A stretch of DNA of 64,000 nt from Lingula anatina. Taxonomy: Eukaryota > Animalia > Brachiopoda. A program made the translations under genes and the position numbers. Positions 23,173-38,300 of this stretch are shown here, piece after piece. The stretch is taken from contig CM120641.1 of NCBI GenBank assembly GCA_051362555.1, forward strand, positions 45,576,401 through 45,640,400. The letters are read 5' to 3'. A model generated the notes under the pieces. The model was not told the origin of the DNA. It did not search any database and saw nothing but the letters and a program-made list of their open reading frames with translations. Within the stretch, counting starts at the first letter, position 1. Each line of letters starts with the position of its first letter.

Positions 23173-24574
23173 CTGAAAGAATTAACAAGAGAAGGTCAGG
23201 GTTAAGTTTGCATTCAAAGAAGAAGAAGAGCAGTTAAGAGGGTATTGGCAGCTTGCAGAAATATATAATTGTTGTATTGAATACTGTTGTATTGCAATAC
23301 AGTTTATTTTAATGTTGCTGCATTTAGTGTTGTTGTTATGTTATGTTGTTCTTTTATAACGTTGTAGTATTGTTATGTTGTGATATACTGACATGCACTA
23401 TGGGTGCTTGTTTATCTATTTCTTCTCTTTTGTTGTTGTTGCTACGTTTGCAAATTTCCACCTGCTAAAAGTACCCACAAAATGCCAAAATGAACAGAAC
23501 CTTACTAACAAAAGCAATTCACCGCAAAATCACATTACGAGAAGCATCTGAAAAAATCCGCAATCCCCGTAATTTTCATTGTCAAATAATTGGGTGATAA
23601 ATTGATAGGGAAAACGGTTCCTGATTCAAAGCAATCTCAATTATTTAATGTTATTACAGGGACGACGAGAGCGGTCACGATCCATTAGCTAGTTAGACGT
23701 TCACAGCTCGAGCTCTGGATATTTCAATACTGTAGATTGGTGGTGAGCAATTAATGGCAGGTTACGATTAATTCTGTGTGGAAACACTAGGGGATGTGCG
23801 CAGCACGTTCGAGAAATCATTCTGAACGTGTGGATTACTGCTAATGGTAAAAGGCGTACATATTGAAGACATGGATACTAATCAAAACTCAGGAATAGGA
23901 TTTCATATATCATATTTTATCTGTTAAGTCAATCTGACAAAATATATAACAAAAGTAATAATAAGGTTATTTTAAGCCAAATCGTAGTTACCGGTATACA
24001 CGCTAAACAACTATGCTTCAAAATTACATATATTGTATATGCCTATTTTCCAGTATTTGAATATCATTCTGTATAAATCCGAGGCAAAACAGTTTCGTGT
24101 ACCCCTCAAGTATTCGCCAGTGTTTGTAGGATAAATTACATGTCCACACTAGAGTATAGCTGGTTTAAGACAAATATAGCTGAGAGTGCTGAGGGGTGTA
24201 GATGAAACGGAGCGATGGATCTGAGAACAAGGGAGTCCATTAAAATGAATAAGGAAAAGGTTTCATGAAAACGGAAACACATCAGCCAACCATGCAAAAT
24301 ACACGTTCACTGTCAGCAATCTTTGAAACACACTGGTACTTTTATTATGTAAGTATGGTGTACCGCTCATTAAGTTGTTAGAGCGTAAATTTCGGTCATT
24401 TTCAGCATCAGCTGCATGCATATTTGTTTTGGTTATTCGTTAAGCAGATGGGTGCCAACCCCTTCTAAATAAAATGATCAATAAATATTGAATCTAATTT
24501 TTTTAGAAATTTCAAAAATCATTAGTAGGCCTAAACATAAAAATAAATATATGTATAACAAGATTTGTTCTTAC

Positions 24575-25467
24575 TTGGCTTCTGTAGACATGGAGCCAAC
24601 CAAAGTGAGTGAGGGTCGCCTTCTGAAGGGGGAGCGGGGGACGTCCATCCCCATCCCTGGGCCATACATCCCTCTGTTGGACTGGTTAAGGAGATTATAC
24701 CCACTCTCCGGACACCCCATGCGCGTGGCGTTATCGTAGTAACCATGGTAACCGTGAAAGGCGGTCTGATCCGGACCGAAGAACCCGCTGTCCGCCAGAG
24801 GGCTCGAGTGGAACGGTTTCTGGTCCATGGGAATGGACTGAGGGTACATTGGCTGGGACCCGTGACCGTGGTAACCACCCTGTTGGGGGGCACGGGTGTG
24901 GAAATAGTCCAGTCCCCCGGGGCCCTCCTCACCTCCAAACCCCGTAGGCTGTTTATAACAGTCAAAATTATCCGTCGGGTAACTCTGGTAGTGACCCTGG
25001 TAATGTATTGTGCTAGCCATAGGTGAATCCGGTGGGCACGGATCATTCCCGAATCCGGTGAAGGGAAATTTGGTGTCTTCTCCACCGCGAGCGTAAGGGG
25101 TGTAGTTGCCCGATTGTTCTATCCCGCTACCGTAGCCACCAGCGTCCTGGAACTGTGAGGCCGCCGCCTGCATCTGGGTGGCAGAGGGCGAGCAGCCCGG
25201 GTGGTGGTACGGCGGTTCACCAACATCCGTGTGAGGGCGGTCGAATCCCCCACTTCCTCCGCCACCGCCGCCTCCAAAATCCTCCGCCATGGAGACAGAC
25301 TGGTCATCTCTTGGCGAGTAGAGACTGGACTCTGACGAGTAACTCTGTCCGGGATTGTAATGAGACGGGGTGAAGGGCGCGATGTCCTCGGCCATTGGAG
25401 GGGTGATACTGTTGTAAGTCGATGGGAAATGCTCCATGCCGGCATTGCTTGCATCAAACGGATTCGA
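24575..25467 (-). CDS. NR4A: NR4A large N-terminal A/B (AF-1) exon
   Basis: tttttag|SNPFDASNAGMEHFPSTYNS...RRRPSLTLVGSMSTEA(N)|gtaaga; 893 nt open, phase 0 to 2, matching the next exon; low-complexity G/P/S/Y/Q/H. Confidence 0.9.
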
Positions 25468-28400
25468 CTAAAAATATATATAAGTTTGGAGAAAATAATT
25501 AGGATATTGAAAAATACACAAGATTTGACGATAAACAATAAAATTTTGTACTTTCAGTAAACCAAAAAAATTCCAGGAATACGAGTTGGCATACATATGT
25601 CCAAATGCCGAGAAAATGACTCTTGAACAGAGATAGTTGCAGCATCATTATAAAGTAAATGAACTAAGAGCTAAAGCTATATTATTTTGTTCCTCTTATT
25701 ATTTTTGAGTCGCCTATCGACGAAGTAAATTGACGTAACCAGCATAGTCTTCAACGGCATTAAATCGTCAGCGTTGCGTTTTGATCCTCTAACTTACACA
25801 TCCATTAATATGAAGACAGACACCAATTAACATCAAACATCCGTCAACTCAAGACAATTACACAAAGTTTCAGATTAATTGCTTTGGAACATACACATTG
25901 ACGTCGAAATTGTTGCTACTGGTAGCGAAGTAAAAAAAAAAAGCCCAGTGCAACGTCGTTCTGTGATACGCTGCTGCCTGTGCTATTGTATTTGGCGGAC
26001 GTATGACGAGGTCGTCATCAGGCAACAGGAAGTTAGCTGTCACGCCTGCGTGGTCTATGTGTAAAGTAGAAAGTTCTATCCACGCTAGGGTTTCCGGTGA
26101 CATCTGCATAATTACACACACTGACATCTGTTATGAGAGAGAGAGAGAGTGAGAGAAGAGAGAGAGAGAAAGGCTGATTGGTGCTAATCAAAAATAAAAA
26201 ATTAATATCTTATAATACAGGTGTTAATTTTATATACTTTTCATAAATCTCCCATTTTTACTCGATGTATAAGCTCATTTTTCGATTCGGACAGAAAAAT
26301 ACATAAATTGAGCTCTGAGAGGTGCTGACATTTAAGCCAAAAGACAACATAAAAAATTTAAAAGAAGCACATTTTCTTATAATATTTTGTTTCGCCTCCA
26401 TACGTTCGATGAGATTGCGAAAACATTGTCGTTTGAAGTTATTGATAGCACACTATCTGTTCGACAAACTACGATAATCAACGTATCCATTTCACACTCC
26501 CAATTTACATTACATCACTGGGATGTTTTCAAAACTGATTTCGTACTTATTCAAATTGGATTCCGACGAACCCGCCCACGTTTCCCTGATTTATCTCCAA
26601 GGCAAACACACGGCCGCGCTGATTAAATGTTCCTTAAAAAGATTCTGTATGTAAATACTGAACTGACGTAAATAAATCAAATACGAGTACACTTCCGAAA
26701 AGGTATCAATAACAAATATTCCTAAATGTTTTTTCTAATACGCACGTTTTTCTGACAATTTCTTTTTATTTTACACTGCTTGATTCTGGGAATATTCAAT
26801 CCATGCTAGCTATTCAGCAAAACAAAATTTGTTATCAGAGTTATAGGAGATTATCTAGTCTTAACGGGGCTTATCTAGGATTCTTTCTTTTTTGAATGAA
26901 ATGAGTCCAATTTCGAGATTGAACTATTAATCTTAGAAAAGAAAAAAGTTGTTAAAAAACCAATCTAGATATCGACAGCCTTACTTTCCTAGAGCACATC
27001 AGAGCAATATCGACATGGCCGGCTTAACAAACCCGTTCTTCAAATCAGTATAACGGTGTCGAAGCAGAGCCGAATACAGAGCTATTTTTCCACCCTTCAA
27101 CTGCACGTATATCTGTCTACCAATATCCTTTTTAAATCTCCTGCTTCTTACACAGTTTTCTAGTAATTTAAAACAGAAGCACAAGCGCGGTTTGGGATTG
27201 ATGTGATTGAAATTAACAAACAGTCTGAAGCAGAGTAGCCAAGCCCTGCGTAATTAGTGAGTTAGGTTTGAAAAAAAAAGAAAGTGGTAATCAATCCAAC
27301 CGAAGAGAGGTTTGATACTGAATCTAAATATTACTTTTCGGTCAGAACTGTCTTTCAAAGGCATGAAAATAAAATATTGGATAAAAAGGCAAAAATTACG
27401 AAGCCGGCTTTTAATGGAAAATTACTCGCACTAAAAATTACTCGCAACCAAACCTACCTAGAGCCCAAAACTCCCCGTGCATTATTTTACGATCAAGTCT
27501 TGGGACATCACACTAAGCCCAGCAGGATCCAAGTGTAAATTTAGATCTACTCATCCCGTTTGTTTTAATAACACTTATCAGTAACCGCATTCGTTCCCAT
27601 AGCCTTGCAATTTACTGCTCCTGAGAAGAATCCGCGGAGAGGCAGGCGTATTTTAGGTTCACGTTTAAGTCAAATAGCTTATTGTAAATCATCGCTTGTT
27701 GTTCTCAACGTTTTCGAATCAAATCGCTCAATTTTTATTGCCACATCACAGGATTGTATGCTCTTGTTAACCCCTTTCCGAATTACATCGCGTCGAGAAA
27801 AAAGAATACCGTTATGCTCTCTACAATAAAACTTGCTAATTTTCTATTAATAGGCAGATAAAAATGATAGTGAAAATGGCACAAATGAATTTCGTAAATA
27901 AGATGACATGTGTGTTTAATCAACATTCACCAGGACATAAACCTATTTTCAAGTAGAGATTATCACAATCTAGACCTGGTGTATCGGTAGTACTGAAATT
28001 CGATAGCAAATGAAAAATAGAAAGTCCATTTTTTTCTTACCTGTTCCTTCAGTAAATGTGAATATTCGAATAAATAGAAAGACTTCTACATTTGGCATGG
28101 CGATCTAATTTACGTACATCTAACTCAGTGGCCAAAACTGTACTATGTTATATATTTCTTTATGTCACTGTAAATGAACAATATCAGAAGGGACTTGTAA
28201 AGGGCATATGACGCTTCCAAAACCTTGTTAAAACGTCCAATTTTCACTTGCTTGTTCCCGTGGAAACACCAGTAGACGCATCTGATTTTAAAGCCCCCAA
28301 ATGTGAGAACCATTGTTGCACCCAGTTGTTTCCGCGTATACATCAAGACATATAAACCATATTAGACAGTGATTGGAGTCATTATTTAACATATAAATAC

Positions 28401-28771
28401 CTGTATTTATCATATATAAACCTTGGTTGTCGTCACACATAAAACGAGTTTTTTCCTATTTCAAAAGGGCAGTTTTGCGATTTTTGTCTTATCTCGCACA
28501 TGAAAAAAGGGATCCATATTTCAAAATGCGTCATAAAGTACTGATACGTGATGATCATTACTATCCAGATTACAGCGCATTATTTCGGTCTGAGTTGATA
28601 AAAGGAAGGTTTTACACCAATTATCACATGGCACTTTTTACAACCTTAAATCCCGGTCAATTGAAAGTGTTCTTTGATTTTAATACTAAATAAATAAAAG
28701 AGAGAGAGAGAGTAAGAGAGAGAGAGAGTAAGAGAGAGAGAGAGAGAGAAGAGGGGTACAAGATTTCTCAC

Positions 28772-28944
28772 CTGCGCCTGTAGCAGAAGCATCATAGCAG
28801 AGGTATTGTTATATGGCGTAGCGGCGCTAGGTGGCGCGGCAAAGTCCTGCAGTTTGTTCTCTGGGAGCACGGGCCCAGGTAGCTGAAGAGGCGACGCCTG
28901 GGCGGCACTCGGCGAAGACTGGACGGGGAGATTGGGAGAGAGCG
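28772..28944 (-). CDS. NR4A: NR4A exon carrying the MMLLLQAQ start (ATG 28795); whole exon open in frame
   Basis: Acceptor ttctttcag at 28945, donor CAG|gtgaga. MLLLQAQ resembles insect HR38 MLLLQ and vertebrate MPCVQAQ starts (recalled). Phase 0 joins the 25467 exon; ATG-to-stop 2046 nt = 681 aa. Confidence 0.8.
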
Positions 28945-29070
28945 CTGAAAGAAAGAAGAAAAAATATTAAAACCAGTACGAATTGTAAATCTTGGCAAAC
29001 ATACGACGACTTCAGATCGTTAGTATGCTAACTATCGCTCAAACTCTTAACAAGTTTTCCACTCCCTTAC

Positions 29071-29095
29071 CGGTGAGATGTGCTAACGGGCGCAT
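29071..29095 (-). CDS. Candidate proximal alternative first coding exon of NR4A (MRPLAHLT)
   Basis: ATG at 29095, 25 nt to strong donor CCG|gtaagg; phase 1 matches the 28944 acceptor (126-nt intron); Inr-like TCAGTT at 29114-29109. Confidence 0.4.
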
Positions 29096-31742
29096 GCAGT
29101 GCTCACGGAACTGATGAAAGAGCGTCAACTTCTTTCTTTCCCTATCGCACTCTTGTGTATTGCTTTATGTTGGCTGTCATATCGGTTCAGTTAACGTGCC
29201 AACAAAGCGTCCTGGCGTACGCTTGACAAGTTGGACATCGCCGTTACTTGACACATGTATTAATCTACTTCAGTGACCACTAAAACAGTGCAACAGATAG
29301 AGCGTCGCCCGCTGCATGCATTACACAGATTAAGAAAAAGTGAATAATTAATTCGCTTAAGTACCGCAATTAGGGATTGGAAATGTTATTGCATCTGAGG
29401 CGCGGGGTTCTAAGACATGCGCGGGGGCCCGGAGCCCTATTAATTATCTAATCGAATTGATTGTTTGAAAAACATGATACACCGCTCGTCAAAGTGGCCG
29501 AACTGTCGTATCGCAGATCTACTTAATCAATTAATCTTTCACACGGCGTCGTTATTTTAGTACCCTAGCGTTAAAAGACAATGCAAAACAGACAGGTAGC
29601 TGTCTCAAAGGATCATCAACTCCCCGGTCGTGGGCGTGACCGAAACACCCTAATTTCCGAGTAAATGCGTCTCTCCCCTCTTTGATGATGTCGCAGAACG
29701 CTTCTTGTTTTACTTTATCAACTGAAAATGAAAGGCTTCCTTTTTTAAACGACAGTCACGACGTTAAACCTTCTTCGCGTTGACGCAGACCCTATCTACA
29801 TGTCTTGGTTCATACACCGTCTGATGAGCCGGCCATCGACAACCAGAGGCAGAATTTATTGAGAGAAGCACATTGCAAATGAATTCAATTCGACTACTGG
29901 GAGTTGGTGACATTTGAAATTACTGTCATACACCTTCATATTATATCAAGAACAATTAGTGGACTTTCAGTCAAGTGTACTGGAGCTGTGACGGGGAATG
30001 TCGGAGTCAATTAAGTTCCGATTTTCAGACTGCCGCGTTTTCACTGTGTTCTTGACGTTGAGAATAACGGCATGAACAATTATATTAATTGTTGCTGATA
30101 TGTACGTTTTATCCCTTACTTTAAAAAAAACGCCCCTTATTATACATGTATTCGTATTCTATTGCAAAAAGGATTATAAGTTCTACTTAAATCTACTATC
30201 GACTTGTCAGTACTGACAATGTATTTTGAACTACTCTCTTGAATAATGCTTGATCAGTGTTATGTCACATCCACACTTATAAGCATTACAACATGTAAGT
30301 ATTGTATGCTGGTGAAAGACACATATAGTTTTACAACATTTGTAGGGGTATCCATTGCAGATATAAAAAATGAAGATCAACAAAATCGATTTATAGGGTG
30401 GCTGTACACCTTTGTCTCCACTTCAATAAAAGACAAATAAAATTTGTGTTACGGCCAAATTTACGTCATAACCCTAATCCGTCACTCTTTGCAAACGATT
30501 TCGCTTTTCCCGCAAGCGTATTTCAACTTGCACTTAATCCGCAATCTTGTGGAGGGTTGCCGCCAGTCCTGAACTTGCAACAATGTTAAAAGCCATTTTA
30601 GCATCGCATCATTGTTCATTCAACAGATAAGCCATCAGATCGCATACAAAAAATCCACGGCTCTCTGGTATCAAACCCCGGCTTGTTTTTTATGCCAGTT
30701 GTTATTATCATATAAATGGTGTGTATCCCTGGGCGATTCTCGTCTGTGGTCAATAGCGTTGTATCAATTCACAATTTGACATGTTTCTTAAACCAACGAA
30801 TCACAGTTCACAAGAAATGGTACAGGGAAGCAGTGTCACATCGTAAATCTTGCCGGAGAAAATGAAATAAAAGCTAAGCACAGGTTTTTGGCTTCATAAA
30901 GATTTTTAACTTTGAAAAATATTACATTATAGATCATAATGTAATTGGCACAAATAAGAAATATCATTATCGAGTTTTCGGCATAGATAAAACTTGACTG
31001 ACGAGAACAAGAAATACAATTATTGAGTTTTTTCCCGTCTGCAGTGAATAAAAGAAGATAAAAAAAGCATTCAACACTTTTTGATTCATCAAACACTAGA
31101 CCTACATCACAAAGAATAAGGTCTTAAAGCTGACGAACAAGCGATGATATATTACACTCATGTTGCATGTTTTGGTTTTGAACAATAAATAACAAATAAT
31201 GAAAATGTCGCCCGTCTGTATCAAGCCGTTCCCATATGACCTCAACATGATTACAGGGAGGCAGCCACCTGCCTGACCCACGCCTACATAAACCCCCTGT
31301 TCAATTTCCCTTCCAGAATTGTTTATTTTCTCCTGATTTTTTAGCAAAATCCCCAAGAGTTTTGAGGTTTCTTACAAATTTCCGTTCCCATCCTCTGTGG
31401 CAGGCAGACGACAAGCTGGCAATTACTGTAACATCCCCAGTTTCTTTCTGGTTTGCATACAAACGACAGCGTCAGGAGTTAGCACGGCTCCTTTTCTTTG
31501 ACTGTAGCCACCGGGCAGGGCTGTTAATCATATTTTATTACACATAATAAAGACATTCGTTGTTTATCACGTTAACAGCAACAGAAAAACACCTGGATAC
31601 ATGTAGGTAGGTACATGTAGGCAGTAAAGAGTGGAAACCTCAATTTGTAGGGGTGGTATATGATGTCGTTGTCAGTCTTCCTACTGACCAGTGTGCTGGT
31701 AATATATTTGGACCGTAAAGCTTTAACAGAGTGACATTTTTC

Positions 31743-31744
31743 AA

Positions 31745-31791
<47 letters not shown>

Positions 31792-31793
31792 AT
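31743..31793. repeat. (AAAT)n tetranucleotide repeat
   Basis: Direct reading. Confidence 0.95.
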
Positions 31794-32295
31794 ATGTCGC
31801 TTAGCAATTACACTCTGCCTTTACCTGTATTTGTCTCTGTCCACTTAAATATTACCAAAATTGTTACATTTGGGTGTTATGTTACGATGACCTCTTGAAG
31901 TATAGGGTACTAGTATAAACAGTATGCAAACCCATCAAACTATAGATGAAAAATCATGTCACAAAATAACCCACACCTCCAAACAGAAAGAAATTTTAAC
32001 AACCCGAATGTCACATACAGAAAACACAACACGCCAGAGGGAATCTGTGAAAAATGTCGGCGAGATCAATCGTTTCATGAGCGCATATTCTCAACATAGT
32101 GCTCTCTATGGGCGCGTGTTGACCTTCGCGTGCGCATGTGTGTTCTAAGACAAAAGTGAGGCATAACCATTCAAGGAGAACAAGTGGTGAACGCTTCCGT
32201 TATGTATGATGATTAACACCTCATATCATAATCCATATCCATTAATTAGTGGAATATAAAGCCAGAATCAATACATTTATTCTACTGGTGACAAT

Positions 32296-32330
<35 letters not shown>

Positions 32331-35300
32331 AAATATGTTAAGCTATTTAGTCCAAAGTGTTCCCTATTTTTCAACGTCTTTTCCGAAAAAAAAATCACTG
32401 GTCAGCCAAGAAAAGTGAACCCGGTCCATCGATCGAAAACCTGCCTTGTTTGATCAAAGATCACAGAAGCATAAAGAGGACATCTTCCGCACTCACACAA
32501 TCCTCACCGAAGAAGAAAATCGCTCTGAATCAAATCCACCACGCGTCAATCTCCAATCATCCGCAGAACGTTTGTTCAGCACTCGAAGCTTTTCAAAAGG
32601 TCCATACATCGGCGTAATGACTGCAGTTGAAAAGCAATTCGGACAAAAAGTGATACGTCAATTGAGATATTACTGTCCGACTATTACATCTAAGGTAAGT
32701 ATTAACAAGGACTTGGGGGTCAAGCGGCTGATTGTTCAGCAATGGCATTACCTACGCACAAAATTAAACTGTGTGTTTTTGTTTGAGCTTCTCCATCAAT
32801 ATCTCGTCGACTGTCTGACTGTGAAAAGACAAATAGTTGTTTGATGGTGGTTGCAGAAAGGTTCAGTGAGGACAAACATTTCCGTAAGCTAACAGGCTAC
32901 GTATATGATTGAGGATTGGTAGGGTGGGGTGAGCTCCATATTGCTGAAATCTCCGCTTTTCAATTTCTATGCGACAACTTCAGTTCATATTAATGACGAG
33001 AAAAATAAACATAACTTACGAAAGTGAGACATATGCATTTTGTGTAAAACGTCGAAATATTCCAAAATCAGAGCTTATAAAAGCATAGTCAAGAAAATTT
33101 AATACCTATCAAAATATGCATGATAATTCAAAGTCGAACTAACTTGCACCTTCAATTAATGTGTGTCAGACAACAAAAACTGTTGAAAGGCACACCCAAA
33201 ATATACATCGTACTATAACTAACCTGTGAACATATCCCACATGATTCCCTTCTTCGGTACAAATCTCAATTTTCGCTGACGCCCGCCGCTAGGCACCGAC
33301 CTCGAAGCGCACCATAGCACACTACACGCCTTTCCAAGAGAGGATTCGGCAAACATGCACCAAAACGATTCTACTGGCCGTCTGTGTACATTCAAACATG
33401 CATACACACAAAAATGTTCTATTTTTCAATCATATCAGTTCGGGCTGAGATAATTTATATGTACCTGTGGGGATTCGCCTGAACCCAACACCGCCCTATC
33501 AAATGTGCTGTGTATGGGTCGGTTTGGCTATAAGCTATGAGCGGGTTGCGATAGGAGGCGGATAGGACTCCCCGGGCGCGGGCCTATTGTTATCAGTCTC
33601 CAGGCTGGACATCAAACATCAACGGGGCTCTCCCCCAACAGGGACTCTCCAACCGATATCGCAACGCAGTCCGGCTCAGCCACGTGAATTATTGATAGAC
33701 TCCGATGACACGGTCGTAAACGTGTTATTGTTGACACTATAATTTTATCTTAATCGATTTAACTTTGGCATTTTACGCGGCGTTTCGCGAAACAATTAAA
33801 AGAGGGTTTACAAAGCTGTGAAGATACGAGACGCGAGAGGCCAGGCGTGTAAATGGTCTAATAGGAAGAGATGGGGCGGAAAATCAGGGGATTGCACGTA
33901 AAATGAATGGAGCATAATTGATAGGCAACTTCCCTGAGTTCAATCAGCGCCGCATTGTTTTAAGCCATTTTATTTATGACTGCGGCAATAGTCGTCTAAC
34001 CGTGGTATCTGAATAATGCAGAACTGGTGGACCGCTATATAGGAAGTGTTCTGTTGCTTGGTGTACTATCATGATTGAAGGAAAACAAAACACGGCCAAT
34101 TGATCCCCCTTATGTAGATGGGGAACCCAGCGGTGTGCGTGTCGGACGAATATCAAGCTGTTCATACCAAGCAATTAACTAAGTAGCTGAGTTCGAACCG
34201 ACCAACAAATAAACAAGATAATCAATAAATTTCCTTGTCAGTTGAAACCTTCGAAGTGTGCGCTTCAATCATCCGTGTACTTTTTTTTTTTTTTTTTTTT
34301 TGATGCAAATAAAACACTGAACAGCAAGTTAAATCTATAATACGGGTCACTTTAAAAACTGGAGGGATATGACACCAAAAAAAGGTGGGTGGGGCGACAG
34401 GGTTTCCATCATTTATACGCCTATTAATTCATTTAAAAGGCAACTGCGTAAACTCAATACACCGCATATAAATAAAAAGCATTTCTATATAAGTGGCTGA
34501 TCTCTTAGTTACTTCCATGACCAATCTGCAACCACAAAAATGATTTATCACTAAAATTGCAGCAACAATCAAAGATTTAGACAGAAAAGACATTGGCAAA
34601 ACATGACCTTCACATACCACGCTAAACATCTCAACGCCACCCAGTGAGAGACTACATGCATTGGAAAAAATTCAAAACACCCGTAAATTTTGATCAATTA
34701 CAGAAGCCCAATTAATTCGCAACTAAGACTGTATTATGATCAAGTTTTCATTTCTGTTAATTAAGACTAGAATATGTAACTGAAAGGTACTATCTCAGTC
34801 ATAGTTCGAAGACAAATACGACTTTCTGATCTTGCACTGTTGTAGATAACTTACCTCGACAGCTGACAACCGCTTTGCCGACTTCTTTAGAAATTCTTCA
34901 CACATTTCAGCCAGAAAATAAACTCACCTTTATGAAATACTGCCATACAATCATGAATAATATGGTAATAAACGAGGAATATGCATAGAATTCCCACATA
35001 GTAAACCACACCCGCCAAACCACATCTGAAAACACATGTATTACGCTAACAATTTACATTTTAGGCGACATGTGAACCCTTGCTGAGAGACTTTGGGGAA
35101 CATCTTGCAACAATAATACAAACAAGGACTATCTATAAAGACACAAAAGACAACGAAGCGGCTCCCTTGACGCAACACACGAGACAAAATGTATATGAAG
35201 AAATCGCACCTCTTAGGATCGGCCAGGTGAGATGACATTTGACACTCGCCATGTTGGCGTTGACGTAATGCTGTTTATTTCCTACCTGTTAACTCGTCAA

Positions 35301-38300
35301 AATTATACTACAAAAAGCACTTGAAAAGTCAATCACTGAGAGCTCCTACTCACATTTTTTTCATTATAAATTTAGAAAAAAAACGAAACTGTTATGAATA
35401 AAATAGTTACCTAGAATGAATGGAAAATAAGAAACTAAAAGGTGAATAGTGATGACTAGTTATGAGACTAGCTATGAATAATTATTCAAAACTCCATCCG
35501 CATGGAATGGGCAGAGTTTACAAAAACAATACGTATGATCGGAGGCTTTGATTTCACTGAGACACGTTCATAGCTTTTTTAAAACACGAATGGTTTAAAC
35601 AATTCAAAAGTTATGCCATTCGGAAGGGATTACACTACAAACTTTTTGTACGGATTACTGACACTACATCGTGAAGGATCGGACTTGTCTGTCAGGAACA
35701 TTTCATTAGATGCACTGTCCAAAACTAAAATCCGAAGAATGTCCTACGTCAATTACCTCCACACTAGTTATATAAGACATATGAAAAATGTAATATACCA
35801 TAATGTATAGAGATCCTTCTCAAAATATCACCACTCCTAAAACGCTGATCGGTTTCATTGCAATGCAATGGCATTATTAAGCAATTGGTTTGTTTTACGA
35901 AATCAAATGAAAAAAGTCTTTCTCAACAAGTTAACGATAAGTATGTTGACTCCCGAGCTGTATTTTCAACCTACTATGGTAGTGCTAGTATGTTCAAAGA
36001 TACAATGTAACTTGTACACGGTGTGCCTTAACACTGCATAATATAATGTTCAGATGAAAACACCTACTACTTGTAATACAGTTTTATACTGATGATGATA
36101 TGCAATTTATCAAACAATATTAATTTTTATCAAAATATTCGGCAATCTAAGATAACCAACGTGGGTTGTGTAATGCCTTCCTTCTAAGGTCAAAAATTCG
36201 TTTTCGAGAAAACCGCCAGAAACCAGAATAATTCAGATGCAAGTGCATGTAAGACATACGAAGTTCTGAGGCCATTTAAAAATCTAAGAAAAAAAAAACA
36301 TGAAGTCTAAAAAAATAGCAATATATTAGCAAAAAATAATAACAAAATATTAGCATTAAGATTGTGTTGAAACAATAATAACCAAACACCGTTTAACTTA
36401 CCTTAAATAAAATGAAATAATACGACTTTGATTTTAAAAAGTGTGAATCAATGACACACAAACGTTAGCACAAACAAACAAACATACTCGTGCATGCGAA
36501 TAATCAGAATATTACCTTACCCCAACTCTGAATCTTCAACAAATGAGAAGGGAGAGGGTGCGTTTGCGCAGATTTTCCAACTTAAAACTTTCTTGTTCTG
36601 TTACTAGAAATTGCGTGTGACCAATTAACATTTGTTGCGGTGTGCGTGTATATTTAGCTTAATTTTAGTCCAAACCGTAAAACCTGTTGACGTAGCAGAT
36701 GTATGCATCCATGAATTGAATAAATTCATGGGAAGATAAAAAAGTCAAATAAAGGACTATTTAAAAGGGGCAATTAAAATATTAAAAAAGCATTTGAGTC
36801 TTTTATTTAAAAAAACACGAAAAATACTTAATTAACAAAGACATACACGGGGGATTGCTGCAGCAAACTGCAAGAGCTTTTTTGCCTCCAAATCAAGGCA
36901 TTATAATCAGCAGTTGTGTACACCCCAACGCTTCACGCTATATAACATATCATTACAATGGTAGATCGGGCGGGGGGGGGGGGGGGTAAACAGCAGACAC
37001 TTTATTTTTAGCTTCGGAAATACCCACTAACCCCCCTTCAATAAATTTTGTTCGAGAATGGGATAAAATCCAAGAAACTTCTTTATGTGCACCACATTTT
37101 ACAGCAAATGTCTTCCACTTCCACCTTTTCATATTTGCTGAACAAAGAGCGAACATTTTCACCCCCCCCCCCCCCCCCAACCATTTCTTTACAAAGACCA
37201 TGGATTCCCTAATTATGAACGTATTTGCCAGACTATTCCATACGTTTCCTTCCCAGCGGTTATCGACTAAAACCAGACGAAGATGTCAGGTGTGCACCCT
37301 CTGTCGACGCCCTGCAAACAACACGTTGCTAACAAAGTTCACTCGTGGTCGCGGACCCTCGCCCTCCGTAACCCAGGGTCGCCTTCCATTCCGCGCACCT
37401 GTAGACACATGCTGATCACAGCCTTCAACACAGGGTAACATGTGTCAGACTGCGTTTCGTCTCACATTGACGAATGGTCTTGGGAAAGGTAATTTCATGC
37501 CATATACATATATCGCGTAAAATGTATTTTATCACGCCGCGTTATAATTCTAATAACATGCAATGTTGAACTGAACAGAAAGGATCCGGTCGTGGAAGTT
37601 ATATTGAGGACAATTTAAAGACATTCAAATATAACTACTCTACCAACGGTGTCGTCTAATATCTTATTATCAAAGTTGTCCACTATTTAGTGCATTTCGG
37701 TTAAATACCTTAAGTTAAACTTTCTTCATAGCGAGAGGAAAGCAGCTTACCAGCAAGCAGTCTGCGAGTATATGACAAAGATGGAGAACAAAGGTGTCAC
37801 ACGAATCCATCTACCTAGCCCTTTCAGCGGAAACCGAGACGCTATACACAATATCTCAAACTCCATCTCGACCGTCTTAACAGAATATATCGTGTTAATT
37901 GGTCATACAAACAATACCTGAGCTACTTCAACAGCAAGTGATTGTAGGAGAAGACGCGTCGTTGATGAAACACACATACTAATTCGACACGAAACACAAA
38001 AAAAAAAAAATATGTTTGAAAATTCTGAGTAACAGGAATCAATTGAAATATGAACTTAAATGTGTTTCATCCCTACGTCACGTCACTACGAAATATTTTT
38101 ATATACACGAACAAAGACAATACACGACTCCTTAATTTGCAAAAATTGCAACCTGAGCGGTGTGGTGTATCACAACTGTCGTTGAAACAATGCCTTGCAT
38201 GTACGTGATTAAACGGCAACTTTTCCTACACATTCCGTGATAACGTTAGTATGAAAAACAAATTTGCATTAAAAAAAAGGAAAATCTAAACTTATGGAAA

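Noticed and set aside
24488-25560. Several overlapping ORFs (184 aa, 139 aa, 93 aa and others)
   Set aside because: Shadow frames of the GC-rich NR4A A/B exon; only one frame is splice-compatible with the flanking exons.
25870-26127. 85-aa minus ORF after a (CT)n-cag acceptor-like site
   Set aside because: No credible donor, no recognisable homology, and not needed for the NR4A frame.
28041-28098. Minus-strand gccATG...CAG|gtaaga mini-exon (MPNVEVF...)
   Set aside because: Phase 1 donor is out of frame with the phase 0 exon at 25467; at most a non-productive or UTR exon.
32446-32844. 132-aa plus-strand ORF
   Set aside because: Non-ATG start, no recognisable domain, antisense within the NR4A 5' intron.
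36968-37178. G-run and C-run forming an inverted pair ~175 bp apart
   Set aside because: Homopolymer runs are common in this window; there is no further inverted similarity or TSD to call a MITE.
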